Origin: Heptranchias perlo
Lineage: Eukaryota
Direction: 5' to 3'
DNA length: 64,000 bases
Assembly: GCF_035084215.1 (NCBI RefSeq)
Contig: NC_090366.1
Location: forward strand, 10,168,001-10,232,000
This document shows positions 51,240 through 63,000 of this stretch, piece after piece. The notes beneath the pieces are model-generated. The model saw nothing but the letters and a program-made list of their open reading frames with translations. It ran no database searches and was not told where the DNA came from. Position numbers and translations under genes: made by a program. Each line of letters begins with the position of its first letter. Position 1 is the first letter of the stretch.

Positions 51240-54000
51240 TTTCGTGCGGAAGGAGGCCATTCAGCCAGTCAAGCTCTTTCTGCTAAATGTTTTCAGAACC
51301 GATTCTTTATCTACAGTTATCTCAAAGAATTGTTTCGTATTACCCTCCAGTACAACTACGTTCTCACTTCCACTATCATTTGTACAAAACAATGGAAAAT
51401 ATCCATTTGATATCTCTGCCTGACTTTCACCCTCTACAATTAGGCTGCCTGTTTCATTTCTGAGCAATCCCACCCTCTATTTATTTATTTATTTTTTCTT
51501 TTTTTACATCTTTCTAAATGCCCCCATTATTTTCTTTAATGTTAACTGCTTGCTTTTTTGCATATTCCCTTCTAGTGATTGCTGTGTCCCTTTCTTGCCT
51601 CTCTGCTGCACAGTCTATATACCTCATGATTATCTCTCGTGTTGTTAGCCTTTATCTTATCATATGTCTCAGGTCATCTCGGCTTTTTTGTTGTCCCCGT
51701 CAATTGCCGGCGGCGTCTTTACATTTTTTTAAACACCTGGAACAGAGGAACAGGAGGAGGCCATTCAGCCCTTCGAACCCATTCTGCCATTCAGTTAGAT
51801 TATGGCTGATCTGTACCTCGACTCCTTCTAACCGCCTTTCATCCAAATCATAGTGTCATATAGTATCATGGTAGGTGCAGCCCAGGAGAAGGCCATTCAG
51901 CCCGTCTTGCCTCTGCCCCTTGACACCCTCACCCAACGAGAATCTATCGATCCCGGTGATGAAAGCATCAATTGACCCAGCGTCCACTGCCTTTTGGGGA
52001 AGAGAGTTCCAGATTTCAATTAACCTTTGTGTGAAAAAGTGCTTCCTGATTTCACTCTTAAATAGCCTGGCTCTAATTTTAAGGTAAGGCCTCCTTGTCC
52101 TGGATTCCCCTCCAGAGGAAATAGTTTCTCTCTATCTACCCTATCGAATTGTTTTATCATTTTAAAGACCTCTTAACCTTCTATACCCAAGTTTATGCAA
52201 TCTGGCCTCATAATTTAACCCTTTAAGCCCCAGTATCATTCTGGTGAATCTGCGCTGCACTCCCTCCAAGGCCAATATGTCCTTCCTGAGGTCTGGTGCC
52301 CAGAACTGAACGCAGTATCTCCAGATGGGTTCTGTGCAACTGAAGCATCACTTCCTCCCCATTGAGACAAAGGCAAACATTCCAATAGCCTTCTTGATTA
52401 CTTTTTGTACCTGTGCTCTAGCTTTTAATGATTTGTCCACATGGACACCTAAATCCCTTTGCTGCTGCACAGCTCCCAGTCTCTCCCTATTGAAACAATT
52501 TGTTTCTCTTGGATCCAAAGTTGATGACCTTACAATTCCCCACGTTGAGCTGGCTGGCTTCAGTTGCCTCCCCAACTCCCGTTGCAGCTTGTGTGCCAAT
52601 CGGGCAACAAATGCATATGTCATGCGGGATTCGCAGTACAATTGGTTACCTTTCAATTAGCATTAGCTTGAATTCTGTCTGTCTATCTGAGTTGATCCAG
52701 GTCAATCCTGCGCAAGTGTTCATTGTAGGGGGGGCCTGATTTCCACTGAAAAAATGGGTGTTGCTGTTGGGATCATTAAAACCGAGGGTTTGTTATGAGC
52801 AGAGTTCGTTATAATGAGGTTATACTGCATTTGACTTTTCCCAGCCCAGTATTCTTAGCTTTCATGCTTCATTATCCCTTTTATATTCCAAATTGAACTT
52901 AGTCATATTGTGGTCACTATTTCCTAATTGCTCCCCTACTCTCCCAGCAGTTAACAACTGCAAGAACTAAATAAAGCAATGCTTCTTTCCTTGCTGGACT
53001 AGAAACATATTGATCGAGGAAGCAGTACTGGATGTATTCTAAAAAATGTTCCCCACTTTGACTATATAGAATCATTGACTCTTACAGAACAGGAGGAGGC
53101 CATCGTGCCCATGTTGGCTCTTTGAAAGAGTTACTCAATTAGTCACACTCCACTGCACTTTCCCCATAGCCATGCAATTTTCGACACTTCAATTATTTAT
53201 CCAATTCCCATCTGAAAATCACTATTGGATGTGCTTTGACCATCCTTTCAGGCAGTGCCTTCCAGATCATAGCAACTCGCTGCAAAAAACATGTTTCCTC
53301 ATGGTTCTTTTGCCAATTATCTTAAATCTGTGTCCTCTGGTTACTGACCCTTCTGCCACTGGAAACAGTTTCTCCTTATATACTCTATTAAAACATTTCA
53401 TGATTTTGAACACCTCTATTAAATCTCCCCTTAACCTTTTCTGCTCTAAGGAGAACAAGCCCAGTTTCTCTAATCTCTGCACATAACTGAAGTCCCTCAT
53501 CCCTGGGACCATTCTGGTAAATCTCCTCTGCACCCTCTCCAAGGCCTTGACATCCTTCCTAAAGTGCGGTGCCCAGAATTGGACACAATACACCAACTGA
53601 GGCCTAACCAGTGATTTATAAGGGATTAGCATAACTTCCTTGCTTTTGTACTCTATGCCTGTATTTATGAATCCAAGTACCTTGTATCCTTTTTTAACAA
53701 CCTTATCAACTCGGCCTGCCACCTTCAAAGATTTCTGTACTTAAACCCCAGGTGTCTCAGTTCCTGCGCCTGCTTTAATATTGTTTGGTTTAAATTGCCT
53801 CTCCTCATTCTTCCTTCCAAACTGCATCACTTCATACTTTCCTGCGTTAAATTTAATCTTCCATGTGTCTGCCCAGTTCACCAGTCTGTCTATGTCCTCC
53901 TGAAGTCTGCGACTATCCTCCTGACTGTTTACTACTTTTCCGAGTTATGTGTCAGCAGCAAACTTTGAAATTATGCCCTGTATCCCAAAGTCCAGGTCAA
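51240..54000 (-). mobile_element. Cluster of CR1 fragments
   Basis: ORFs 51261-51473, 52348-52656 and 53267-53728 carry CR1 ORF2 motifs. Confidence 0.8.
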
Positions 54001-54610
54001 CAATAGATATCAGATATGAGGTACCTTTATTTCAGGTTCTCCTGGGACAGTCAAAGTCGCCAAATATTATTAGTCTGTTCTTGTGTATCTCTCTGAATAT
54101 CTACAAATCTCCACCTCGATCTTATCTCCACTCTTTGATGGTCTGTAATGCATACCGAAAATGGTGCTATCTCACTTCCTATTTCTTAACTCTATCCATG
54201 TGGATTCTGCCTTAACTAGGAGACCCTAGTTAATGAATTAGCATTACGTTCCGGTATTGTGATAGAATCTTTCAATATTATTGCCACCCCAATCCCCCTT
54301 ATCCACCCTTGTCATTCCTCAAAATGCTATAACCACAATTGTTCCTCTCCTTTACAAACCTAAGTCTTCGTTATAGCCACTCCATAGTTACTAATATTTC
54401 TAAGTCAACAATATTGTTTATGAATGCTACATGCATTCAAATATCATTCAATCTTGAGTCCATTTTCTCAGAACATTGACTCAATTTCTTTTCCATCTTT
54501 TGTTATTTAATTGTTTGGCATTTCTTGCATCTTTATTTTTTATCTCTAAGTGGGGTTAATTTTCTGTTTGAACAATCATTTTATACCTCTTGCATTTTTT
54601 TCACAACAGA

Positions 54611-55012
54611 TTTTTTTTTATTCGTTCATGGGATGTGGGCGTCGCTGGCAAAGCCGGCATTTATTGCCCGTCCCTAATTGCCCTTGAGAAGGTGGTGGTG
54701 AGCCGCCTTCTTGAACAACTGAGTGGCTTGCTGGGCCATTAAGAATCAACCACATTGCTGTGGGTCTGGAGTCACATATAGACAGCAGGTTTCCTCCCCT
54801 TAAGGGCATTAGTGAACCAAATGGGTTTTTACGACAATCTGGTAGTGTCATAACCACCATTACTGATACTAGTTTTTTTTCTTCCTGATTTTATTTAATT
54901 AATTGAATTTAAATTCTCCAGCTACCATGGCAGGATTTGAACACATGACTCCGGATTATTAGTTCAGGCCTCTGGATTACCAGTCCAGTAACGTAACCAT
55001 TATGCTACCGTA
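54611..55012 (-). mobile_element. tRNA-derived SINE whose 3' tail matches the CR1-Zenon-like LINE tail
   Basis: Reverse complement: A box tagcataatgg, B box gttcaaatcc, tail ttcaagaaggcggctcaccaccaccttctcaagggcaattaggga..aataaaaa. Confidence 0.8.
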
Positions 55013-55405
55013 CTCGTGTTCGCCGATATAATCCAAGGGGTAAATTGATGTTTTTAATCATACAAAAAAATATTTAACATTAAAGGTCATTCAAATGATT
55101 GGGTGGATGTCGACATGTAAAAGCTGCCTGTTGGGGAAGCCGACAGGCTGAAACATTTTAGACTTATTACCGAATTTGTTCGCCCACTTGTCCCTCCCTT
55201 CCTGAATATGAGATTTTATTCAACGGATAAAGCTAGAACTCAATAATAACAGCATGGGACAAGTGCCCGACAGTAGTCAGAGACTGGTGAAGCCTGTAAG
55301 TATTTTGGAGATTCCACATTGCGACACATAATTGCAACAGATTAAGGGGCTTAGTGCAGTAACCCGCGGCGATCGACAGAAGAGAAAAACATTTATCGTC
55401 CGCAG

Positions 55406-58337
55406 ATTTTTTTTTTTTATTCATTCACGGGATGTGGGCGTCGCTGGCGAGGCCGGCATTTATTGCCCATCCCTAATTGCCCTCGAGAAGGTGGTGGTGA
55501 GCCGCCTTCTTGAACCGCTGCAGTCCGTGTGGTGACGGTTCTCCCACAGTGCTGTTAGGAAGGGAGTTCCAGGATTTTGACCCAGCGACAATGAAGGAAC
55601 GGCGATATATTTCCAAGTCGGGATGGTGTGTGACTTGGAGGGGAACGTGCAGGTGGTGTGGTTCCCATGCGCCTGCTGCCCTTGTCCTTCTAGGTGGTAG
55701 AGGTCGCGGGTTTGGGAGGTGCTGTCGAAGAAGCCTTGGCGAGTTGCTGCAGTGCATCCTGTGGATGGTACACACTGCAGCCACTGTGCGCCGGTGGTGA
55801 AGGGAGTGAATGTTTAGGGTGGTGGATGGGGTGCCAATCAAGCGGGCTGCTTTATCTTGGATGGTGTCGAGCTTCTTGAGTGTTGTTGGAGCTGCACTCA
55901 TCCAGGCAAGTGGAGAGTATTCCATCACACTCCTGACTTGTGCCTTGTAGATGGTGGAAAAGCTTTGGGGAGTCAGGAGGTGAGTCACTCGCCGCAGAAT
56001 ACCCAGCCTCTGACCTGCTCTCGTAGCCACAGTATTTATATGGCTGGTCCAGTTAAGTTTCTGGTCAATGGTGACCCCCAGGATGTTGATGGTGGGGGAT
56101 TCGGCGATGGTAATGCCGTTGAATGTCAAGGGGAGGTGGTTAGACTCTCTCTTGTTGGAGATGGTCATTGCCTGGCACTTATCTGGCGCGAATGTTACTT
56201 GCCACTTATGAGCCCAAGCCTGGATGTTGTCCAGGTCTTGCTGCATGCAGGCTCGGACTGCTTCATTATCTGAGGGGTTGCGAATGGAACTGAACACTGT
56301 GCAGTCATCAGCGAACATCCCCATTTCTGACCTTATGATGGAGGGAAGGTCATTGATGAAGCAGCTGAAGATGGTTGGGCTTAGGACACTGCCCTGAGGA
56401 ACTCCTGCAGCAATGCCCTAGGGCTGAGATGATTGGCCTCCAACAACCACTACCATCTTCCTTTGTGCCAGGTATGACTCCAGCCACTGGAGAGTTTTCC
56501 CCCTGATTCCCATTGACTTCAATTTTACTAGGGCTCCTTGGTGCCACACTTGGTCAAATGCTGCCTTGATGTCAAGGGCAGTCACTCTCACCTCACCTCT
56601 GGAATTCAGCTCTTTTGTCCATGTTTGGACCAAGGCTGTAATGAGGTCTGGAGCCGAGTGGTCCTGGCGGAACCCAAACTGAGCATCGGTGAGCAGGTTA
56701 TTGGTGAGTAAGTGCCGCTTGATAGCACTGTCGACGACACCTTCCATCACTTTGCTGATAATTGAGAGTAGACTGATGGGGCGGTAATTGGCCGGATTGG
56801 ATTTGTCCTGCTTTTTGTGGACAGGACATACCTGGGCAATTTTCCACATTGTCGGGTGGATGCCAGTGTTGTAGCTGTACTGGAACAGCTTGGCTAGAGG
56901 CGCAGCTAGTTCTGGAGCACAAGTCTTCAGCACTACAGCTGGGATGTTGTCGGGGCCCATAGCCTTTGCTGTATCCAGTGCACTCAGCCGTTTCTTGATA
57001 TCACGTGGAGTGAATCGAATTGGCCGAAGACTGGATTCCGTGATGGTGGGGATATCGGGAGGAGGCCGAGATGGATTATCCACTCGGCACTTCTGGCTGA
57101 AGATGGTTGCAAACGCTTCAGCCTTGTCTTTTGCACTCACGTGCTGGACTCCGCCATCATTGAGAATGGGGACGTTTGCAGAGCCTCCTCCTCCCGTTAG
57201 TTGTTTAATTGTCCACCACCATTCACGACTGGATGTGGCAGGACTGCAGAGCTTTGATCTGATCCGTTGGTTGTGGAATCGCTTAGCTCTGTCTATAGCA
57301 TGTTGCTTCCGCTGTTTAGCATGCATGTAGTCCTGAGTTGTAGCTTCACCAGGTTGGCACCTCATTTTTAGGTACGCCTGGTGCTGCTCCTGGCATGCTC
57401 TTCTACACTCCTCATTGAACCAGGGTTGATCCCCTGGCTTGTTGGTAATGGTAGAGTGAGGAATATGCCGGGCCATGATGTTACAGATTGTGCTGGAATA
57501 CAATTCTGCTGCTGCTGATGGTCCACAGTGCCTCATGGATGCCCAGTTTTGAGCTGCTAGATCTGTTCTGAATCTATCCCATTTAGCACGGTGGTAGTGC
57601 CACACAACACGTTGGATGGTGTCCTCAGTGCGAAGACGGGATTTCATCTCCACGAGGACTGTGCGGTGGTCACTCCTACCAATACTGTCATGGACAGATG
57701 CATTTGCGACAGGTAGATTGGTGAGGACGAGGTCAAGTAAGCTTTTCCCTCGTGTTGGTTCGCTCACCACCTGCCGTAGGCCCAGTCTAGCAGCTATGTC
57801 CTTCAGAACTCGGCCAGCTCGGTCAGTAGTGGTGCTACCGAGCCACTCTTGGTGATGGACATTGATGTCCCCCACCCAGAGTACATTTTGTGCCCTTGCT
57901 ACCCTCAGTGCTTCCTCCATGTGTTCAATATGGAGGAGGACTGATTCATCAGCTGAGGGAGGACGGTAGGTGGTAATCAGCAGGAGGTTTCCTTGCCCAT
58001 GTTTGACTTGATGCCATGAGATTTCATGGGGTCCAGAGTCAATGTTGAGGACTCCCAGGGCCACTCCCTCCTGACTGTATATCACTGTACCGCCACCTCT
58101 GGTGGGTCTGTCCTGCCGGTGGGACAGGACATACCCAGGGATGGTGATGGAAGAGTCTGGGACGTTGGCTGAAAGATATGATTCTGTGAGTATGGCTATG
58201 TCAGGCTGTTGCTTGACTAGTCTGTGGGACAGCTCTCCCAATTTTGGCACAAGTCCCCAGATGTTAGTAAGGAGGACCTTGCAGGGTCGACTGGGCTTGG
58301 TGTTTTGCCGTTGTCGTGTCCGGTGCCTAGTGGTCCG
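55406..58337 (-). mobile_element. Near-intact CR1-Zenon-like LINE ORF2 (APE endonuclease + RT), one in-frame stop
   Basis: APE motifs TNIWGL, DIAILTES, YRPPS, GDINVH, LDLVLT, SDH. RT motifs YRPISLL, QFGFR, LDIKAAFD, GVPQG, FADD. ORFs 56418-58250 and 55473-56324 are in the same frame, separated by TAG at 56418-56420. Poly(A) tail present. Confidence 0.95.
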
Positions 58338-58742
58338 ATGAAGATTAATTGGTTGGCGTTTTCCCGTTCCCAGAAAGTGGATCCATTCTCACCCGGGAAG
58401 TGTTGGAACACGAGTCCAGAACAAGGGTCATTGTAGTCGTTCTGTTTGGCTGGCCTACTTGCAATTTATTCAATTGTAGTTAGTTGTCCACTGCCAAAAC
58501 TTGCTTTTTCAACAGATATTTTCACGTGTCTAATTAACATGGATTCATCGACTTTTTACAATTAGGTGTATGAGGGCTAACACTTCAGATTTTACACATG
58601 ATCTGACCAGTTTGAAATGATTAAGTGACTCCCCAGTTGGCTAAAGGCAGCAATGAGATGAACTTAGTCCTGAACTCGCTCCCTCGCTCACCTATTTGGC
58701 TCGCTCCTGTCGCTCCCTTTCTGAATGTGATATTTTAATCAG

Positions 58743-58824
58743 CAGGAAAGTACTGCCCCAAGAGGAACGGACGAGAGTGAGGAGTGGGGAGCAGGAGTCA
58801 GCCGTCTTGGAGAGACTGACCCAT
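58743..58824 (+). CDS. Gene B candidate cytoplasmic exon (S-RKVLPQEERTRVRSGEQESAVLERLTH if joined directly to the TM exon)
   Basis: NAGNAG acceptor atcag|cag|, consensus donor |gtaagt. Open in phase 2 with RK right after the TM, and also open in phase 0, so the frame is uncertain. Confidence 0.5.
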
Positions 58825-59839
58825 GTAAGTATTTTGAAAATTTCACATTGCAATAGACAATCGCAGCAGATTAAAGGGGTTTGCTACAGTAACCCGTCGA
58901 AGGACAGGAAAGTCATTTATCCTCATTGGATGATAAAAAACGTTCAGAGCTTTCCCAGGCTCAGAAAATGGATCCATTTGGGATCCATTCTCACCCAGGA
59001 AATGTTGGAACATGGGCCCAGATCAAAGGTCACCGTGGTTGGTGAATTTGACTGGCCGAATGGAATTCTGGGTTGTTCACATGGAACCATCTTCTCACTT
59101 GATTGTCTGACAAGGTCCCCTGCAAGTGGACATACTCCGCGCCATCCGAAAACTGTACCTTGATTGATAATTTGCATGTTCATCAACACTAGCAATGTTT
59201 CTTTTATTTGTTCTCAGGACATGGGTGACGCTGGCAAGGCTGCATTTATCACCCACTCCTAGTTGCCCTGAAAAGGTGATGTTGGGCCTTCTTCCTCATG
59301 GAGGTTGCTGACGAATGTTTGGTCCTGCCTGAGCAGGGGCCAGGTGTGGGGTAATAGCGGATCACGCTACCCCCGCCCAATAATAGGCCATATCCAATTT
59401 CCCCCCCCCCCCCCCCATAGTCTCAGGATAAGGGCTCGGCCATTTAGGACTGAGATGAGGAGGAATTTCTTCACTCAGAGGGTTGTGAATCTTCGGAATT
59501 CTCCACCCCAGAGGGCAGTGGATGCTCAGTCGTTGAGTATATTCAAGACTGAGATCGGTAGATTTTTGGACTCTAAGGGAATCAAGGGATATGGGGATCG
59601 GGCAGAGGACTGCAGCGGTTCAAGAAGGCGGCTCACCGCCACCTTCTCAAGGGCAATTAGGGATGGGCAATAAATGCCGGCCTCGCCAGCGACGCCCACA
59701 TCCCATGAATGAGTAAAAAAAACTACTGTTGAGTGGCTTCCTGGAGCATTACTCGTAAACCATATAACATGGGACTGGAGTCACGTGTAGGCCAGACCGG
59801 GCAGTGGTGATGGTTTCCTGTTCATGAGAACAGAAGAGC

Positions 59840-60123
59840 ATATGAAATTGGAGCAGGTGTAGGCCATTCGGCCCCTCGAGCCTGCTCCGCCATTCAATAT
59901 GGTCATGGTTAATCTTCGACCTCAACTCCACTTTGCCGTTCTATCCCCACATCCCTTGATTCCCTTCGTGTCCAAATATCTATCGATCTTGGTCTGACTA
60001 TACTCAATGGCTGAGCATCCACAGCCATCTGGGATAGAGAATTCTGAAGATTCACAACCCTCTAAGTGAAGAAATTCCTCCTCATCTCAGTCCAAAATGG
60101 CAGACCCCTTATCCTGAGACTAT
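59840..60123 (-). mobile_element. CR1 3' end (continues at 61829-61985 after the Harbinger insertion)
   Basis: CR1 string ctgagactat|gtcccctagttctagac is split by the insertion. Confidence 0.85.
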
Positions 60124-61828
60124 AGGGGAAAAAAGTTGGACATGGCCTATTATTGGGCGGGGGTAGCTTAATCCGCTATTACCCCATGCCAATGGCCCCT
60201 GCGCAGGCAGGACCAGACTTTCATCCGGCCTGAGGACTTACCTGCAATCTGCGTTGGAAATCTGCGTTGAACGAGGATTCCATGCAATTCACACTTTCCA
60301 CCAGCAGGGGGAGCACCAATCTCTTAAAGGCAGACTGTCTGTTAGAAATCTCTTAAAGGTAGCTGGTACCTGTTATTTGCTGAATATAAAAGCCTGCTGT
60401 CCGCACGGAGTCTGAATGGAGATCAGACATCACACACGTAAAGCACAGATGCAGGTCCTAACCCTATCTTTACATCACTGATGAGTTATGCTAAGACATT
60501 GAATAAAGGTTGCGCACCACTAAATCCCACACCCTCCAATCTGCATGCCAGACCTCACCAATCTGCCGATCTGAGTTTGTACCAGGCCCGCGAGAGTCCG
60601 TCCGCCAAGGTTCTCTGCTGATGCACCAGAGGCCTTCGTTCAAGAGGTGGACAGAAAGAAGGGACATCCTATATATGGAGGGTGGGGGCAGGGGGGGTGG
60701 AGAGGCCCTCCAGACATATACCCAAGAGGCAGTGGGAGGCAGTCGGGGATGAAGTCAATGCCAGGGGCACAGCATCATGAACATGGATGCAGTGCAGGAA
60801 GAAGTTCAATGCTTTGACATGAGTGGTCAAGGTGAGTGAGGTCAACTGTCAAGGGGCATCTCCTAACAACTGCACCATTAGCCGCATCCACTGCTCCACA
60901 CACTACACCCAACACCCACCTACCAACAAACTCTTTCCATCAGTACTCAACTCTTCCAATCAGATGCTTCCTCTCACCCTCACACATTACCACTGTTGCA
61001 ATCCGCCCATCCACAACTCACAGGCCACACACACTGGCAGCTATTCGACCACGACAGGCACATCACCCAGACACACATTCTGCTTTCTGCAGGAGAATGT
61101 AGAGCATATCAGGAGGCAGCAAGTTGCAGTGGCATTCAGCCCCTCGAGCCTGTTCCACCATTTAATGAGATCATGGTGGACCTGTGACCTAACTCCATAT
61201 ACCCGACTTTGCCCCATATCTCTCAATACCCTTGGTTCACAGAAATCTATCAATCTCAGATTTAACATTCACAATTGAGCTAGCATCAACTGCCGTCTGC
61301 AGAAGAGCTTTGCAATCTTCTCCCACCCTTTGCAGGGAGAAGTATTTCCTAACCTCACTCCTGCACGTCCTGGCTCTAAATGTGAGTCTATGTCCCCTAG
61401 TCCTAGTATTCAAGTATAGGAGACCTCCAAAAACAGTTACAAACGTCTCGGCAGCCAGAAGCAATAATCCAGCCACTAACCTGTAAACCCTGCATGGTCC
61501 CTTTAAATAGCGCCGGTGGGGGGTCCTCCAGGCACTCTAAGACACGTTCAGATGGTCGGGGTTAAGACTGTGCATTGAGTTGAGCGTTAAGTCCCAAAAT
61601 GGTGTGTATCACTTTAAATCCCCATTGCACACCGATTGTATCCATTTTCTCCTAACTTTACATGCTTCTGGCGTTCGTTATCTGCGCCTGCGCTAACTCC
61701 TATACCAAGATGGCGTCCGGCGCACATCACGCTGGAAACGTGCGTGCACAGCCAAGATGCCACCTTGGCACTTCAGGAGGCCGTGTAGCGCCGAAACAAA
61801 TGGCCCGACACGGCCCAATTTGGCACCC
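60124..61828 (+). mobile_element. Degenerate PIF/Harbinger transposon with a Myb/SANT-like ORF remnant (about 60600-60832)
   Basis: PRFSADAPEAFVQEV/RRDILY..RQWEAVGDEVNARGTAS*TWMQCRKKFNALT*VVK followed by a gtgagt donor. Imperfect TIRs (gggg..aagttgg / ccaattt..ccc), TAT target duplication, and a nested CR1 piece at about 61130-61405. Confidence 0.8.
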
Positions 61829-61984
61829 TATGTCCCCTAGTTCTAGACTCTCCAGCCAGGAGAAACATCTGCTCAGCATCTGTTAGAATCTTATATGTTT
61901 CAATGAGATCACCTCTCATTCATCGAAACTCCAGAGAATATAGGCTCATTCTACTCAATCTTTCCTCATAGGACAACCCTCTCA

Positions 61985-63000
61985 TAGGAACATAGGAACA
62001 GGGGTAGGCCATTCAGCCCCTCGAGCCCGCTCCACCATTTGATAAGATCATGGCTTATCTGTGATCTAACTCCATATACCTGCCTTTGGCCCATATCCCT
62101 TCATACCTTTGGTTGCCAAAAAGCCATCTATCTCAGATTTAAAATTAGCAATTGAGCTAGTATCAATTGCCGTTTGCAGAAGAGAGTTCCAAACTTCTAC
62201 CACCCTTTGTGTGTAGAAGTGTTTTCTAATCTCACTCCTGAAAGCTCTCGCTCTAATTTTTAGACTGTGCCCCCTACTCCTAGAACCCCCAACCAGCGGA
62301 AATAGTTTCTCTCTATCCACCCTATCCGTTCCCCTTAATATCTTATAAACTTCGATCAGATCACCCCTTAACCTTCGAAACTCTAGAGAATACAACCCCA
62401 ATTTGTGTAATCTCTCCTCGTAACTTAACCCTTGAAGTCCGGGTATCATTCCAGTAAACCTACGCTGCACTCCCTCCAAGGCCAATATGTCCTTCCGAAG
62501 GTGCAGTGCCCAGAACTGCTCACAGTACTCCAGGTGCGGTCTAACCAGGGTTTTGTATAGCTGCAGCATAACTTCTGCCCCCTTGTACTCCAGTCCTCCA
62601 GATATAAAGGCCAGCATTCCATTAGCCTTATTGATTATTTTCTGCACCTGTTCATGACACTTCAATGATCTATGTACCTGAACCCCTAAGTCCCTTTGGA
62701 CATCCACTGTTTTTAACTTTTTACCATTTAGAAAGTACCCTGTTCTATCCTTTTTTTGGTCCAAAGTGGATGACCTCACATTTGCCTACATTGAATTCCA
62801 TTTGCCACAGTTTTGCCCATTCACCTAATCTATCAATATCCCTTTGTAATTTTATGTTTTCACCTACACTGCTTACAATGCCACCAATCTTTGTGTCATC
62901 GGCAAACTTAGATATGAGACTTTCTATGCCTTCATCTAAGTCGTTAATAAATATTGTGAATAATTGAGGCCCCAAGACCGATCCCTGCGGGACTCCACTA
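61985..63000 (-). mobile_element. CR1 RT 3' half (young)
   Basis: ORFs 62745-62975 (FADD) and 62066-62779. Confidence 0.95.

Larger units (their letters stand above)
34434..58824 (+). other. Gene B: spliced V-C2 Ig-superfamily membrane protein (HEPACAM-like), join(34434..34533,38808..39137,42038..42307,50061..50172,58743..58824?), 3' end unresolved
   Basis: Leader, V, C2 and TM exons with canonical splice sites and phases 1,1,1,2. Same architecture and orientation as gene A. Confidence 0.8.

Noticed and set aside
2718-58824. Assigning the symbol HEPACAM, CD48 or CD2 to either gene
   Set aside because: The resemblance is family-level and from memory; orthology needs phylogeny and synteny.
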